Shown in pieces: positions 49,753 to 59,492 of a stretch of 64,000 nt of DNA (positions are counted from its first letter, which is position 1; each line of letters opens with the position of its first letter). The position numbers and the translations under genes are program-made. The DNA lies in sequence record PP456879.1. One strand, 5' to 3'. The notes below the pieces were generated by a model. That model was given only the letters and a program-made list of their open reading frames with translations. It ran no database searches and was not told the DNA's origin.

Positions 49753-50130
49753 TCAACCCACCTTTAGTTTACTGCAATATAGTCTAAACTTAAGAATATC
49801 CTCTACTAAGTTAGACCACAGGGTATACCTATTTCGTGATGCATTTACTTCTTCAATCTTAGCATTTATATTTTGGCGAAGAACTTTGTAATGCTGATAC
49901 GCATTAGTCGCATGTTTAGAGAACATGATGATAATATCATCAGGACTTTTATTTAGCACATCAGCTAGTGAATCATCATCATATATTTCAATAAGTGTAT
50001 TAACGATACGATGATGAAGATGGGTTAGTAATTGGTAAATATGATATTCGCTACCAATATAATCACCTTTTATAAAAGCTCTTTTACTGTAGAAGATCTG
50101 TGCAGTATCTCTTATGCATTCAAGTTTCAT
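49753..50130 (-). CDS. hypothetical protein
   Basis: 125 aa. Confidence 0.7.
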   Translation of the reverse strand: MKLECIRDTAQIFYSKRAFIKGDYIGSEYHIYQLLTHLHHRIVNTLIEIYDDDSLADVLNKSPDDIIIMFSKHATNAYQHYKVLRQNINAKIEEVNASRNRYTLWSNLVEDILKFRLYCSKLKVG

Positions 50131-50339
50131 TGTGCATTAACCTGATGTAGATGAACATAAAATCCATTACTAGGACCACTATTAGATGGATAAACTAACA
50201 GATGGTCTCCATTAACAGATTCGATTATAACTACAGTACCAGCTTTACATAGTGTAAGATCATAACCGCATTCACCGGTGCTATTAATAATATCTGTATT
50301 GACTACAACTTTGTCACCGGCTTTAAATGAATTTGACAT
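50127..50339 (-). CDS. small KOW/SH3-like protein
   Basis: FKAGDKVVV...GTVVIIESV. Confidence 0.6.
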   Translation of the reverse strand: MSNSFKAGDKVVVNTDIINSTGECGYDLTLCKAGTVVIIESVNGDHLLVYPSNSGPSNGFYVHLHQVNAQ

Positions 50340-50347
50340 ATACCACC

Positions 50348-50650
50348 TCAGTTATATGCGTGAAGAATATCATCCATATCTGTACATTGTACAGTTTCAA
50401 TTTGATTATAATTGTCGGCATTTAAAACTCTAAAGCCGCCTTCGGGATTACCCTCATCAACGCCTAATACGGTTAGGTCATCTCCTTCATCGGCAAACTT
50501 CCATTCTAGATAACCATTCTTTTTACAAGTACGCATGATCCAAATATCCTGTGTTGCTTGTAGAATCATACCAACTTGAACTTTATTCTTAGCGATAAGA
50601 CTAATACCATTAGCTAGCGCGTTTGCTAGACAGCTCACTGTTGAACTCAT
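50348..50650 (-). CDS. hypothetical protein
   Basis: 100 aa. Confidence 0.65.
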   Translation of the reverse strand: MSSTVSCLANALANGISLIAKNKVQVGMILQATQDIWIMRTCKKNGYLEWKFADEGDDLTVLGVDEGNPEGGFRVLNADNYNQIETVQCTDMDDILHAYN

Positions 50651-50706
50651 TTCTTTTTACCTCTTTACAACTCTTCTCTTCAGTCAGCCATGACTTGTTA
50701 AAGATG

Positions 50707-50859
50707 CTATTTATGATAGGATTGAATTTCGGTGATTCTTTCTTTTTCTGATCGGTATCCATCGATATCACCTATATTGATAATTTTATTAATACCAATT
50801 AGCGTACTACCTAAAACCGCTATAACTAAAAACAATGCTACATATTTCATTCCTTCCAT
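50707..50859 (-). CDS. small membrane protein (50 aa), below track cutoff
   Basis: MEGMKYVALFLVIAVLGSTLIGI..., GAGG RBS. Confidence 0.55.
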   Translation of the reverse strand: MEGMKYVALFLVIAVLGSTLIGINKIINIGDIDGYRSEKERITEIQSYHK

Positions 50860-50944
50860 TTGTGATACCTCAGATAATATTTATTTTATTTGGCATGGTT
50901 GTTATATAACTTTAAATTTTATTATAATAAACTATTACCCCGTA

Positions 50945-51247
50945 TTAAGGTAATAGTTTATTATATTTATTATAGTTATCGATAACCCATTGGCATGACA
51001 TATGTTTAGGAGTATCACCTAGTAATTTGGTGTACGTTAGAAAATATATTACTTGGGCTTTGTTAAAGTCCAATCCAGCTTCTTCCCAGATATAACGATA
51101 CTGTTCAGTTTTATCCCCATGTGCAGCAACCAGACCAGCGCATGCATCAATGTATCGATCCTCACCAGAGAAAACAGCACTTATGAATTTATCAGTATTA
51201 TCCAACATATACTGAGTCGATTTGATTACCTTATCATTCATTTTCAT
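50945..51247 (-). CDS. hypothetical protein
   Basis: 100 aa. Confidence 0.7.
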   Translation of the reverse strand: MKMNDKVIKSTQYMLDNTDKFISAVFSGEDRYIDACAGLVAAHGDKTEQYRYIWEEAGLDFNKAQVIYFLTYTKLLGDTPKHMSCQWVIDNYNKYNKLLP

Positions 51248-51281
51248 TTGAATATACCTGTTTATATAAAAGGATATAAAA

Positions 51282-51299
51282 GCCTCCCCGAAGGGAGGC
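51282..51299 (-). terminator. terminator hairpin
   Basis: GCCTCCC-CGAA-GGGAGGC. Confidence 0.75.
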
Positions 51300-51309
51300 C
51301 ATTATGACG

Positions 51310-51741
51310 TTACATTGTGAAACGAATTGACACACCACAAATAGGACTATTGTCATCTGTCCAAATTTTTGCAGTACCATCATTTTTAATAGTTAAACAA
51401 TAACCCCAACGGAGATTATTTATTTTAGTGGTATAACCACTTTTGAATACAGCCATGTCTTTATAAAGCTGAGGGATAGTTGGCACTACCTTTGACTGCA
51501 TTTTACCAGATAAATCACGATAGTAGAGTTTATCTACAATCACATTATCAAATTTTTTGTAATCACCAAAGACTTCAGATAGATTAAACTCTACCCCATC
51601 TGTTTTCAGTGGGGCTGTCATAAAACTACCTTGCTCAGTTGTAACCATACTGATAGCAACATCATGGTCTAATAGAAATCGAGTTTCACCAATAGTTTTC
51701 TTATATACTGGGAAACTTCCTAGCGGTTGTAGAACACTCAT
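51310..51741 (-). CDS. hypothetical protein
   Basis: 143 aa, AGGAG RBS. Confidence 0.75.
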   Translation of the reverse strand: MSVLQPLGSFPVYKKTIGETRFLLDHDVAISMVTTEQGSFMTAPLKTDGVEFNLSEVFGDYKKFDNVIVDKLYYRDLSGKMQSKVVPTIPQLYKDMAVFKSGYTTKINNLRWGYCLTIKNDGTAKIWTDDNSPICGVSIRFTM

Positions 51742-51777
51742 TATTAACTCCTGATTGATGGTCTATAAAATTGACCA

Positions 51778-52224
51778 TTATAAACCTTTATAGCATTCTA
51801 CGCTAATTTTCTTTATGGTCATATCAAACTCACTATCAACATACTCATTGTCATGATAGTATTCATCTGAATAACCTATGAGTTTTTTCTGGTTATGATA
51901 ATTTAAAAAGAAAATAACACGCATCACAATACAAGCATGTTCGGGATGATTAAGGTATAATTCTTTCTTATTTAGGTCTAAATAAAGTGTTTTTATTTGA
52001 ACTGGTTCATTAGTGAAAACTAGTTTTACAGGGTTATCCAGCTGTATTACTTTGGGTTCACTATTAAAAAATGTATCACCGGGTTCACCTAAGTAATACG
52101 TAATTGATTTAACATAATAGGCTATATCTTCGGTTTTCTCTAACCGGGTTATACAATAGCCGGTTATGACTGAAAGAACAAACAATGATAAAATAACTAA
52201 TATTATCTCAGTCACATTGACCAC
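51778..52224 (-). CDS. membrane-anchored hypothetical protein
   Basis: 148 aa, N-terminal TM. Confidence 0.7.
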   Translation of the reverse strand: MVNVTEIILVILSLFVLSVITGYCITRLEKTEDIAYYVKSITYYLGEPGDTFFNSEPKVIQLDNPVKLVFTNEPVQIKTLYLDLNKKELYLNHPEHACIVMRVIFFLNYHNQKKLIGYSDEYYHDNEYVDSEFDMTIKKISVECYKGL

Positions 52225-52504
52225 CCATATAAAGTGTTGTTATATCGATACACTGTGAAACAGAATGTTTACGTGGAATAAATATTTCATCGATGGTTAA
52301 ATCATCATCAATGGGTTGAATACTTTCTAATCTACCAAATCCATCACAGTTAAATTTAAGTGCTGGATAACCTTCAATACCCATGCTAACCCAACTATTT
52401 TTATTTTTAGTTACATGGTTGAATTTAAAATTACGCATCTTTCCTAGAAATTCAATTGTCCATGTAGCATCCTTCTGTTTCTTCAAATGGTAATATTTAT
52501 TCAT
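52208..52504 (-). CDS. hypothetical protein
   Basis: 98 aa. Confidence 0.7.
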   Translation of the reverse strand: MNKYYHLKKQKDATWTIEFLGKMRNFKFNHVTKNKNSWVSMGIEGYPALKFNCDGFGRLESIQPIDDDLTIDEIFIPRKHSVSQCIDITTLYMGGQCD

Positions 52505-52582
52505 TAGTATTCACCATTATTAAGATTAGTTTCATTCTATTAAATAGATAGGGGGTCTTTAGACCCCCATTTTCATAATTAA

Positions 52583-53002
52583 TTAGAATGCAGAAATGGT
52601 CAACTCATTGTACTTAACGGCAGCGAGTTTTTCCCAATCTTCTTCATGTTCCATCAAGCATTCAATTACAACATGCATGGACCATGACTCGCCATCAATA
52701 TTTGCAAATACAAAGAAACCATCATCAAGCTCAGTAATGCCACTAATCAGATTATTTTTGATCAGGTAGACCAATTGATCATTAACGATTTTAACTTCAT
52801 GATCAATGAGATGGCTGACATATTTGCTAGTGATATCAAACACTTCTTTTGATGAAAGTGACCCATCCCGTTTGACAGCAGTTAGGCTCCAATTAACCAA
52901 AGATGGTGAACACCAATGAAGACCATGCACATTCATCAAAACTGGATGTTTGTTATCCATAGCTTTTACAGAATGAGCCCAGTACTTTTCATCAATATAC
53001 AT
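52583..53002 (-). CDS. hypothetical protein
   Basis: 139 aa. Confidence 0.75.
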   Translation of the reverse strand: MYIDEKYWAHSVKAMDNKHPVLMNVHGLHWCSPSLVNWSLTAVKRDGSLSSKEVFDITSKYVSHLIDHEVKIVNDQLVYLIKNNLISGITELDDGFFVFANIDGESWSMHVVIECLMEHEEDWEKLAAVKYNELTISAF

Positions 53003-53028
53003 TTATATTTCCTTTTTTTCCAGATTGA

Positions 53029-53307
53029 TTATTTTATTACAATGCCTTCAGCATTGCGTACTGCTTCTTTAGCAAATTGAACATCTCCAAATACATGTTC
53101 AATAAACTTTGATGCATCTGACCCAGCTACATCGCTTGATAGTAGTTTCACAGTCTTGGTAATCTTACCAGGATAATAGAGGATGATATCCCATCCATCA
53201 CTTTCTTTAACAGAGCGAATTTTTAGAATAGGTTCTTCTTTATCAAGGTGTTCAAGACTAACGCCACTTTTGACAGCAGCTTCAAATACTACATCAGAGA
53301 TAGACAT
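53029..53307 (-). CDS. hypothetical protein
   Basis: 92 aa. Confidence 0.7.
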   Translation of the reverse strand: MSISDVVFEAAVKSGVSLEHLDKEEPILKIRSVKESDGWDIILYYPGKITKTVKLLSSDVAGSDASKFIEHVFGDVQFAKEAVRNAEGIVIK

Positions 53308-53334
53308 ATTAGTTACCTTCTTGAAAGAAAGCGG

Positions 53335-53568
53335 TCATGCGACCGCATCTTTAATCAGCGAGATAATTCGCGCTGATGGTTCGCGCCAAAATTCAATACG
53401 TACATTATTGAATTGGCTATCGTGATGCATGAAAGCTGATGATTGCTTTGCAGCATCGTGATTCATAATAGAACGTAGCTGGATAATATTTTTGTCTTTG
53501 AGTCGGATACCATCCAGATCAATAACTTTCAGTCCAGAGTTCATAGTTTTTACAGTTACATGTTGCAT
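53335..53568 (-). CDS. hypothetical protein
   Basis: 77 aa, AAAGGA RBS. Confidence 0.65.
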   Translation of the reverse strand: MQHVTVKTMNSGLKVIDLDGIRLKDKNIIQLRSIMNHDAAKQSSAFMHHDSQFNNVRIEFWREPSARIISLIKDAVA

Positions 53569-53608
53569 TTACAATTTCCTTTTAGTTGGATTAAAAAATA
53601 TGAATAAA

Positions 53609-53821
53609 TTACTTCTTCTTCCACACGTTTATTTCTACGATGGAATTACGGTTCATCCGACGGCGGATAGATTTGGCAGCCTTCTCTGTTTCCTCAGTCC
53701 AACCACCACCATAGATAGTGTGATGTTCATTGATCTGAGTATGAAGGTTATGAGTAGCCATTACGCCACCAAGACCACGTGATTTATAATACTCGATCAA
53801 TAGATCAGCTTGGTCATTCAT
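53609..53821 (-). CDS. hypothetical protein
   Basis: 70 aa. Confidence 0.65.
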   Translation of the reverse strand: MNDQADLLIEYYKSRGLGGVMATHNLHTQINEHHTIYGGGWTEETEKAAKSIRRRMNRNSIVEINVWKKK

Positions 53822-53887
53822 GTGTTAACCTTATCGAACGTAGAGATATCCTCACAAGAATGGGAGTTTAGATGATGCTGTAGTTCA

Positions 53888-54026
53888 TCAACTATTCACC
53901 AGTTTGAAATAATCGACTAATCCATCGGAAATATCGATTGCTTTTCACCGCGTCTACAAACAGATCACGTACTTCACTGAATGTGGCTGCACGCGGTTCA
54001 CCAGCGCCTTCGAAATATACAGTCAT
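53888..54026 (-). pseudogene. internally deleted paralogue of 55960-56334
   Basis: MTVYFEGAGEPRAATFSEVRDLFVDAVK joined out of frame to AIDISDGLVDYF. Confidence 0.55.
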
Positions 54027-54442
54027 GGTTTTGCGATAGCCTTGATAAGTTCCAATTCAAGTTGCGCGAGTTCATAATCTGTGATGTCGCGTGAAACACA
54101 CATGCAACGCCCTGGTCGTTTATACCAAGTAATGCAGACATCGCGCCAAATAAGTGCGCCCTCATCTTCACCTGGAATCCTGAATGTTTCAAGTTCATCA
54201 GTGTTAAGAGAAGGGCCACCAGGATGAGGATAAAACCTTTCGTAATCAGTTTCACTATATTTCATCACTAGGTCATATAGTGGTGGTGGGACCATTTTCC
54301 AATATGAAGCTAATTTAATATCCACACTTGGTATAGATGCCCAATACTCTTTTTCAGCCTCATCCATTTCTTCTGGTTTAGGAAGTCCACCAACCAGACA
54401 ATAAGCATATTTTGCTACTTCAACTAGACGTTTATTTTTCAT
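54023..54442 (-). CDS. conserved phage protein
   Basis: 139 aa, W.D..ITWYKRPGR motif. Confidence 0.7.
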   Translation of the reverse strand: MKNKRLVEVAKYAYCLVGGLPKPEEMDEAEKEYWASIPSVDIKLASYWKMVPPPLYDLVMKYSETDYERFYPHPGGPSLNTDELETFRIPGEDEGALIWRDVCITWYKRPGRCMCVSRDITDYELAQLELELIKAIAKP

Positions 54443-54462
54443 AGTTTGATCCTAATTAAATT

Positions 54463-54993
54463 CTAGAACATCAAAACACCTACATCAGTATCCTTAAGTA
54501 CTGGTAGGCTAGTGGTGATGACTAATTTGATATTACGTTTGGCAATTCCTTCACTGGCATTAAGGATAGCTGCCATAACACCATTACCACCTGTGCGTGT
54601 ACGCACTACGTTATCAACATCCTCGGCAATAATAACAGACCCATTTGGAAAATCTCTAATGAGATTAGCAAATTCAGGATGTTCTAAAACATCAGACCGA
54701 TCAACTAAATAAATTTTATCGTCCCAGCCTCGATGATTCAGCATTTCTCTAGTGAGGTTTGACTTACTGGTATCAGGTTTACCAAAAATAGTTAATACAT
54801 TAGAACTAGATTCAGAAAATATATTCCAAAGTTCTGCTGGTGTAAAATTGAAGTAAGGATAAAACTTATGGACATCACTAACTGGTTGATATTCTAGGCA
54901 TGCTTCTACAGTTGTAGTCAGTGTACCATTTGCTGTAAGGTGAATCCTCCTAAGATATTTGGATGGTTTATTATTTAAATAATCATTAGGCAT
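54463..54993 (-). pseudogene. truncated, degenerate AAA ATPase
   Basis: GKPDTSKS Walker A remnant, IIAEDVD, ILNASEG; ends before the DxALxRxGR motif. Confidence 0.55.
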
Positions 54994-55038
54994 TGTATTT
55001 TCCTTTTTAAATAAATAATTAAATTAACTATAGTGTTA

Positions 55039-55398
55039 TTATTTACCAATAGATACAATTACCTCTTTTAATTTGCCATGGTCATTAATTGCCATTTGAC
55101 AAGTGGGGCATGGGTATGCATCCAGTGGCCTACCATCAGCGCCGACACGTGCAACATAGATCCTATATCCTTTTCCCTTGGAGAGGATGATAGAGCGCAA
55201 CTCACTATGCATCTCACAACGTAGATCGGACAATCCTGCTTTTAGAGAATAACGTTTCTGAACAGGATGTGTTTTACCATACATATTTTGGCTTTCACTA
55301 ATGATCCTACCACGTTTATCAGTAATGACTGAATAAACACGTTGACGATGTTTTACATAAGGGATTTCACGACACTTTTCCAAAGCATAGTCCAACAT
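55039..55398 (-). CDS. zinc-dependent deaminase-fold protein (119 aa)
   Basis: HSE and PCPTC; start MLDYAL downstream of the early promoter that lies inside the track ORF extension. Confidence 0.75.
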   Translation of the reverse strand: MLDYALEKCREIPYVKHRQRVYSVITDKRGRIISESQNMYGKTHPVQKRYSLKAGLSDLRCEMHSELRSIILSKGKGYRIYVARVGADGRPLDAYPCPTCQMAINDHGKLKEVIVSIGK

Positions 55399-55441
55399 AA
55401 TTGATTTACCTATTTGCAATTTAGATAGTTTTATCACATTT

Positions 55442-55470
55442 GTAATATACTGTTTAAAATGCTTTAAATA
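55442..55470 (-). promoter_or_regulatory. phiKZ-type early promoter
   Basis: ATTTAAAGCATTTTAAACAG-TATATTAC next to terminator 55489-55509. Confidence 0.85.
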
Positions 55471-55522
55471 CAAAAAAATAAAATATAAGCCCTCCCGCAA
55501 TGGGAGGGCATTATAATAACTA

Positions 55523-55957
55523 TTACAATTTATTCACCATTTTACTTGGTGCTATAACCCAGTGTAAATTACATTTTATATTTTTATTTTTAAGAGGTAT
55601 TCCTGAGATACACACATCCTCTTTAGTTATGCTAATTTTAAATAAAGCTTCCCATTTATTAGCTGTGATAATTTCATCAACAGTGTGATGGAATTTAAGT
55701 GTGTTATCTAATACTGAAATATAAAAGTCTTTATTGGGTTGACCTTTAGTTAAATCAATTATTAACCTATTATTTAATTTAGGTGAAAAAGTTGTTAATG
55801 TACCATCTTCATTATTTTCAGATATATAAGAGCAACCAGTAACAATGAAGACATTATCATTTACACTATTGGCATAAATTATTTTTGGGTGTTTAAAAAT
55901 ATTAATTAGATAAACAATAATTGCTGACAGGATTAGTGCAATTACTATATCAGCCAT
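55523..55957 (-). CDS. membrane-anchored hypothetical protein
   Basis: 144 aa, N-terminal TM. Confidence 0.7.
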   Translation of the reverse strand: MADIVIALILSAIIVYLINIFKHPKIIYANSVNDNVFIVTGCSYISENNEDGTLTTFSPKLNNRLIIDLTKGQPNKDFYISVLDNTLKFHHTVDEIITANKWEALFKISITKEDVCISGIPLKNKNIKCNLHWVIAPSKMVNKL

Positions 55958-55959
55958 TA

Positions 55960-56334
55960 TTAACCCCTATTAACAAAGATAAAATAATCTCGTAGTTCAC
56001 CAGCTAAATCTAATGGTTGATAATTATCACTACCATCATCATAAGGGATATAATCAGCACCTGCTTCTACAGCCGCTAAATATTCTTCCTCACCAACTGC
56101 TGGAATTAAATGAAACGCTGGGCAATCGTCATTATTGCCATCTAGTATATCTAGCATGCCTGTAATGACACTATCTGCTACAGCCCTGTCCCGATCAGCT
56201 GGCTCTGTAAATTGATCAAGTTTAGAGTTATTGATAGCATTATCACGCATATTGACAACACTACTAATAAATAGTTCTTTAACTTGTTCCTGTGTTACAG
56301 GTTTAACATTACCATCGCCTTCAAAATAGATCAT
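55960..56334 (-). CDS. hypothetical protein, member of three-copy family
   Basis: 124 aa; LDG..D.P.F.LIP shared with 56379-57065. Confidence 0.75.
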   Translation of the reverse strand: MIYFEGDGNVKPVTQEQVKELFISSVVNMRDNAINNSKLDQFTEPADRDRAVADSVITGMLDILDGNNDDCPAFHLIPAVGEEEYLAAVEAGADYIPYDDGSDNYQPLDLAGELRDYFIFVNRG

Positions 56335-56378
56335 AATTACATACCTTGTTATCAGTAGCTTATAAATTTATTAGTTCA

Positions 56379-57065
56379 TTAACGCATTATTCGACTGATA
56401 TCATCAGCTATTTGTGATTGTATCTTTTCCGCTTTTTCTTTAGCTTTTTCTACTAACATAGCAAGTTGCTCTTGCGTAAAATTACCCGAGTAATACTTAA
56501 CAGGTTTCTCACCTGCTAAACTAAGGAAATGGTTCAATAGTGCATGTGGTCCTTTGAAAGGTTCCGTAAATGTCTTAGAAACTTGATAACGTAGATTACC
56601 AGAAATATCAACTGCATCACACTTTGCACGGATATTATCTTTTAAATTTTCAACTGGGTTTACTGGCCAATAATTCTCACCAATACTTATTAGGTAGTCA
56701 ATATCCTCTTGAGTAACATTAGGTATAAGTTTGAATCCGGGTATATTTGGATCATTGCCATCTAGGCCAGCTGCGATGCTATATATAAATCCATCAAGCA
56801 TATCTCTGATAGATAGTGCCTTATCTGTATTTTGAGTATCGGTATACTGTTTATGCCAGTAATTACGTGTGCTTTGAAGCCAATTTACAAAGAGAGAAGT
56901 TTGTTCCTCTTTTGTATATTCTCTCGGATCATCTACTTTCTCCCATTCTTTTTGTTTATTTATCTTAGGAGTCTTAGTTTTCTTTACAGGTTGTTCAATC
57001 GGTGAATCTGAAACCTTTGTTTCAAATCCTATACCAACTATAGTTTTATCGGTTGTATTGATCAT
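56379..57065 (-). CDS. hypothetical protein, member of three-copy family
   Basis: 228 aa; LDGNDPNIPGFKLIP. Confidence 0.75.
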   Translation of the reverse strand: MINTTDKTIVGIGFETKVSDSPIEQPVKKTKTPKINKQKEWEKVDDPREYTKEEQTSLFVNWLQSTRNYWHKQYTDTQNTDKALSIRDMLDGFIYSIAAGLDGNDPNIPGFKLIPNVTQEDIDYLISIGENYWPVNPVENLKDNIRAKCDAVDISGNLRYQVSKTFTEPFKGPHALLNHFLSLAGEKPVKYYSGNFTQEQLAMLVEKAKEKAEKIQSQIADDISRIMR

Positions 57066-57292
57066 AGAACATGAAACCTTTGTATATAGTTTGGTTTTAT
57101 GCGTTTAGTAAATTGCGCTGAATGCTCAATGTAATAAATGCATTTATCATTAAGTGAATACACTGTATAATAGGTTTTAGCACATATATGTCGTATGCCA
57201 ATAGTAACACATATTTCCCAACCGATCTTTGTAAATACATAACCTAACTGATTAGGCTCTATTTCTAAACATCTTTTGTCGAAGTTAACCAT
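57062..57292 (-). CDS. hypothetical protein
   Basis: 76 aa. Confidence 0.6.
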   Translation of the reverse strand: MVNFDKRCLEIEPNQLGYVFTKIGWEICVTIGIRHICAKTYYTVYSLNDKCIYYIEHSAQFTKRIKPNYIQRFHVL

Positions 57293-57732
57293 TGTGGCTT
57301 CCTCGGAATAGTTCGCAAGTACTGAACAATAAGTCGCGCGAATTCATCCATATCGTCTTCAACTAGAATTAACTCATCCAATGTATACCAGCCATCATCA
57401 GTTGTTTCAATTAGATTAGAATCATCTTTGATTTCTCTATCTAAGATGGCGTATAATCTAGTTGGTCCAAAATCAGGCTCTTCTATAACCCCAAGATGTA
57501 TCAAAGAATTTCTATTATTAGTATCATCTGTGATAGTTGGCTGAACACTAATATTGGAAGTTTCCTCTGGGAAGTTATAACTATCTAAAATAGCAAAATC
57601 AGTTAATTGTCTAATAGCCTTTCTAGTGAAATCATAAACCTTCACTATGGGATGAATCACATAGGTTAGTTTATCATTAACTAAACGTTGCCTTAAATTA
57701 ATAAATGCGCAGTTATTCATCGACATACTCAT
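57265..57732 (-). CDS. possible degenerate Nudix-fold protein
   Basis: ITDD...IHLG...WYTLDEL; no Nudix box. Confidence 0.45.
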   Translation of the reverse strand: MSMSMNNCAFINLRQRLVNDKLTYVIHPIVKVYDFTRKAIRQLTDFAILDSYNFPEETSNISVQPTITDDTNNRNSLIHLGVIEEPDFGPTRLYAILDREIKDDSNLIETTDDGWYTLDELILVEDDMDEFARLIVQYLRTIPRKPQWLTSTKDV

Positions 57733-58087
57733 GTACCATTTTAATAGTTTTCAAAAATACTTCTTGATTATTACTATCATCTGCTTTTAGAATAACAGGA
57801 TGACACATAAATTCATTTTCCAATGATACTCGATAATATTCATTAATTGTCTGAATGAAATCAAGCGGGGGATAAATAATAATATCCTTATCTGTTTCGG
57901 CGTAATTAACTACATTTGGTTCATGTTTAAATTTGGATTTATTTAATTTATAAACAAAGTATTTTATATCATTTTTATCTACTTGTGATACAAATACAAT
58001 TCGTTCATACATTGATAAATCAATATCTTTACCAATATTGATAGACAGTGGCATACCAATAAATGAGCGTTTAATATTTTCATTCAT
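57713..58087 (-). CDS. hypothetical protein
   Basis: 124 aa after early promoter at 58127. Confidence 0.7.
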   Translation of the reverse strand: MNENIKRSFIGMPLSINIGKDIDLSMYERIVFVSQVDKNDIKYFVYKLNKSKFKHEPNVVNYAETDKDIIIYPPLDFIQTINEYYRVSLENEFMCHPVILKADDSNNQEVFLKTIKMVHEYVDE

Positions 58088-58126
58088 TTTTTAATTACCT
58101 ATTTAATAGTTTAATGTTGTATTAGT

Positions 58127-58148
58127 GTAATATAGATTTCAAAAAAAA
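58127..58148 (-). promoter_or_regulatory. phiKZ-type early promoter
   Basis: TTTTGAAATC-TATATTAC next to hairpin 58161-58181. Confidence 0.7.
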
Positions 58149-58190
58149 TTTAATGTAAAAGCCCTCTCCTTTGGGAGAGGGTTTATGACT

Positions 58191-58298
58191 TTATTTATAT
58201 TTTTTCTTATGAGTGTGGTAAATATAGCTAAATAGCATACCGATTGACATTGATACAGCTACCATACCCACATAGAAAAGTTCATTACTAAGTTGCAT
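58191..58298 (-). CDS. single-pass membrane peptide (35 aa), below track cutoff
   Basis: [43 protein letters not shown]. Confidence 0.6.
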   Translation of the reverse strand: MQLSNELFYVGMVAVSMSIGMLFSYIYHTHKKKYK

Positions 58299-58380
58299 TA
58301 GATTTCCTCAAATAGTTTAATTTATCCCACCTAGTTTTAACCGTCCAGTCGGTTAAAAAGAGGACCCGAAGGTCCTCTAA

Positions 58381-58620
58381 TTATTTCTTATAACTCTCAG
58401 GGCATCCCATTTTGAGTTTGCCATCCTTTGGGTCTTCAGCGAATAATACTTCATCTGGACACTTCTTAACAGGAGTGTCCTTCGCCTTATCTTCCCATTC
58501 TACAACAGGCATTTCTAATTTCTTACGAAATTGATACGTATCATAAAGAACATACGTAATCATTCCCATAAGAGAGATTACCCATACCCATGCAACAATT
58601 AGGATGATTCTAGTTATCAT
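58381..58620 (-). CDS. membrane-anchored small protein
   Basis: 79 aa, N-terminal TM, two Cys. Confidence 0.7.
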   Translation of the reverse strand: MITRIILIVAWVWVISLMGMITYVLYDTYQFRKKLEMPVVEWEDKAKDTPVKKCPDEVLFAEDPKDGKLKMGCPESYKK

Positions 58621-58987
58621 ACAACTCCTCGCCGACTATATTGAAACACCCATTACTGAGTTTTTCAGTCAGCATCTCACCAAGATCACTTCCCTCGCTC
58701 TTTGCCAAAAGCTTAAGTGCGGGATCAGTGAGATTTTGGTATATTACATCGACATTATCCAATGCGATATTAATAGCGAGTGCCTTATCACTCTGGTTTT
58801 TATCTATGGCAATGGATAGTTCATCTTGCAGTATTGCATACATCTCCAATGGCTCACCGCCATTAGTGTAGAATTGAACCATATTCTTTGCCAAGCTGTG
58901 CAGCACGTAGCAAGATGACACGGTTACGGGTTGTGCATTAACCGACATTGCTACCATAGTGATAATGAGCGAGAAGACGTATTTCAT
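58610..58987 (-). CDS. secreted two-Cys family member 1
   Basis: signal peptide ...VNA, TVSSC ... NGCFNIVGE. Confidence 0.75.
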   Translation of the reverse strand: MKYVFSLIITMVAMSVNAQPVTVSSCYVLHSLAKNMVQFYTNGGEPLEMYAILQDELSIAIDKNQSDKALAINIALDNVDVIYQNLTDPALKLLAKSEGSDLGEMLTEKLSNGCFNIVGEELYDN

Positions 58988-59019
58988 CCTATTTTCCTTT
59001 TGAAAGTATTCGATATGAA

Positions 59020-59475
59020 TTAAATGAGTTCAACAATTACCATGTGAGTGAATTTCTCACCAATATGCTTCATGCAGTAATTGCCATAATACCCGCTGAT
59101 AAAAGCTGCCAGATTAGGAGTAGTCACATTGTAACCTTGACTACGGATATAATCATGGATCTCTTTACTGTTAAGGTCATTATTGATTTTATTAAGACTA
59201 TTGAATACGAATGTTAACGCAATCCAATTATTGGTATCCAACTCATCTTTGAGTTTAGCAGAGTTGTTGAGCATAAGCACACCAACTTCATCTGCGCTAT
59301 GACCTTCACTCATTCGAAATACAGCTTGTTTAGTAATGGTTTCAACCATTGCACACGACTGCACAGTGAGTTGAGCATCTTTTTTACCAATCTTGATTTC
59401 AGCCATTGCGGTATTGAACATGATACCGGTAATGGCAATGAGACCAGCGAAAGCTGCTGCAATTACATTTTTCAT
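59020..59475 (-). CDS. secreted two-Cys family member 2
   Basis: signal peptide ...AMA, TVQSC ... NYCMKHIGE. Confidence 0.75.
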   Translation of the reverse strand: MKNVIAAAFAGLIAITGIMFNTAMAEIKIGKKDAQLTVQSCAMVETITKQAVFRMSEGHSADEVGVLMLNNSAKLKDELDTNNWIALTFVFNSLNKINNDLNSKEIHDYIRSQGYNVTTPNLAAFISGYYGNYCMKHIGEKFTHMVIVELI

Positions 59476-59492
59476 TTTAAATCCTTCTTCAT

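Noticed and set aside
55399-55500. N-terminal extension of the deaminase ORF given by the track
   Set aside because: It overlaps the early promoter and a terminator; the real start is 55398.
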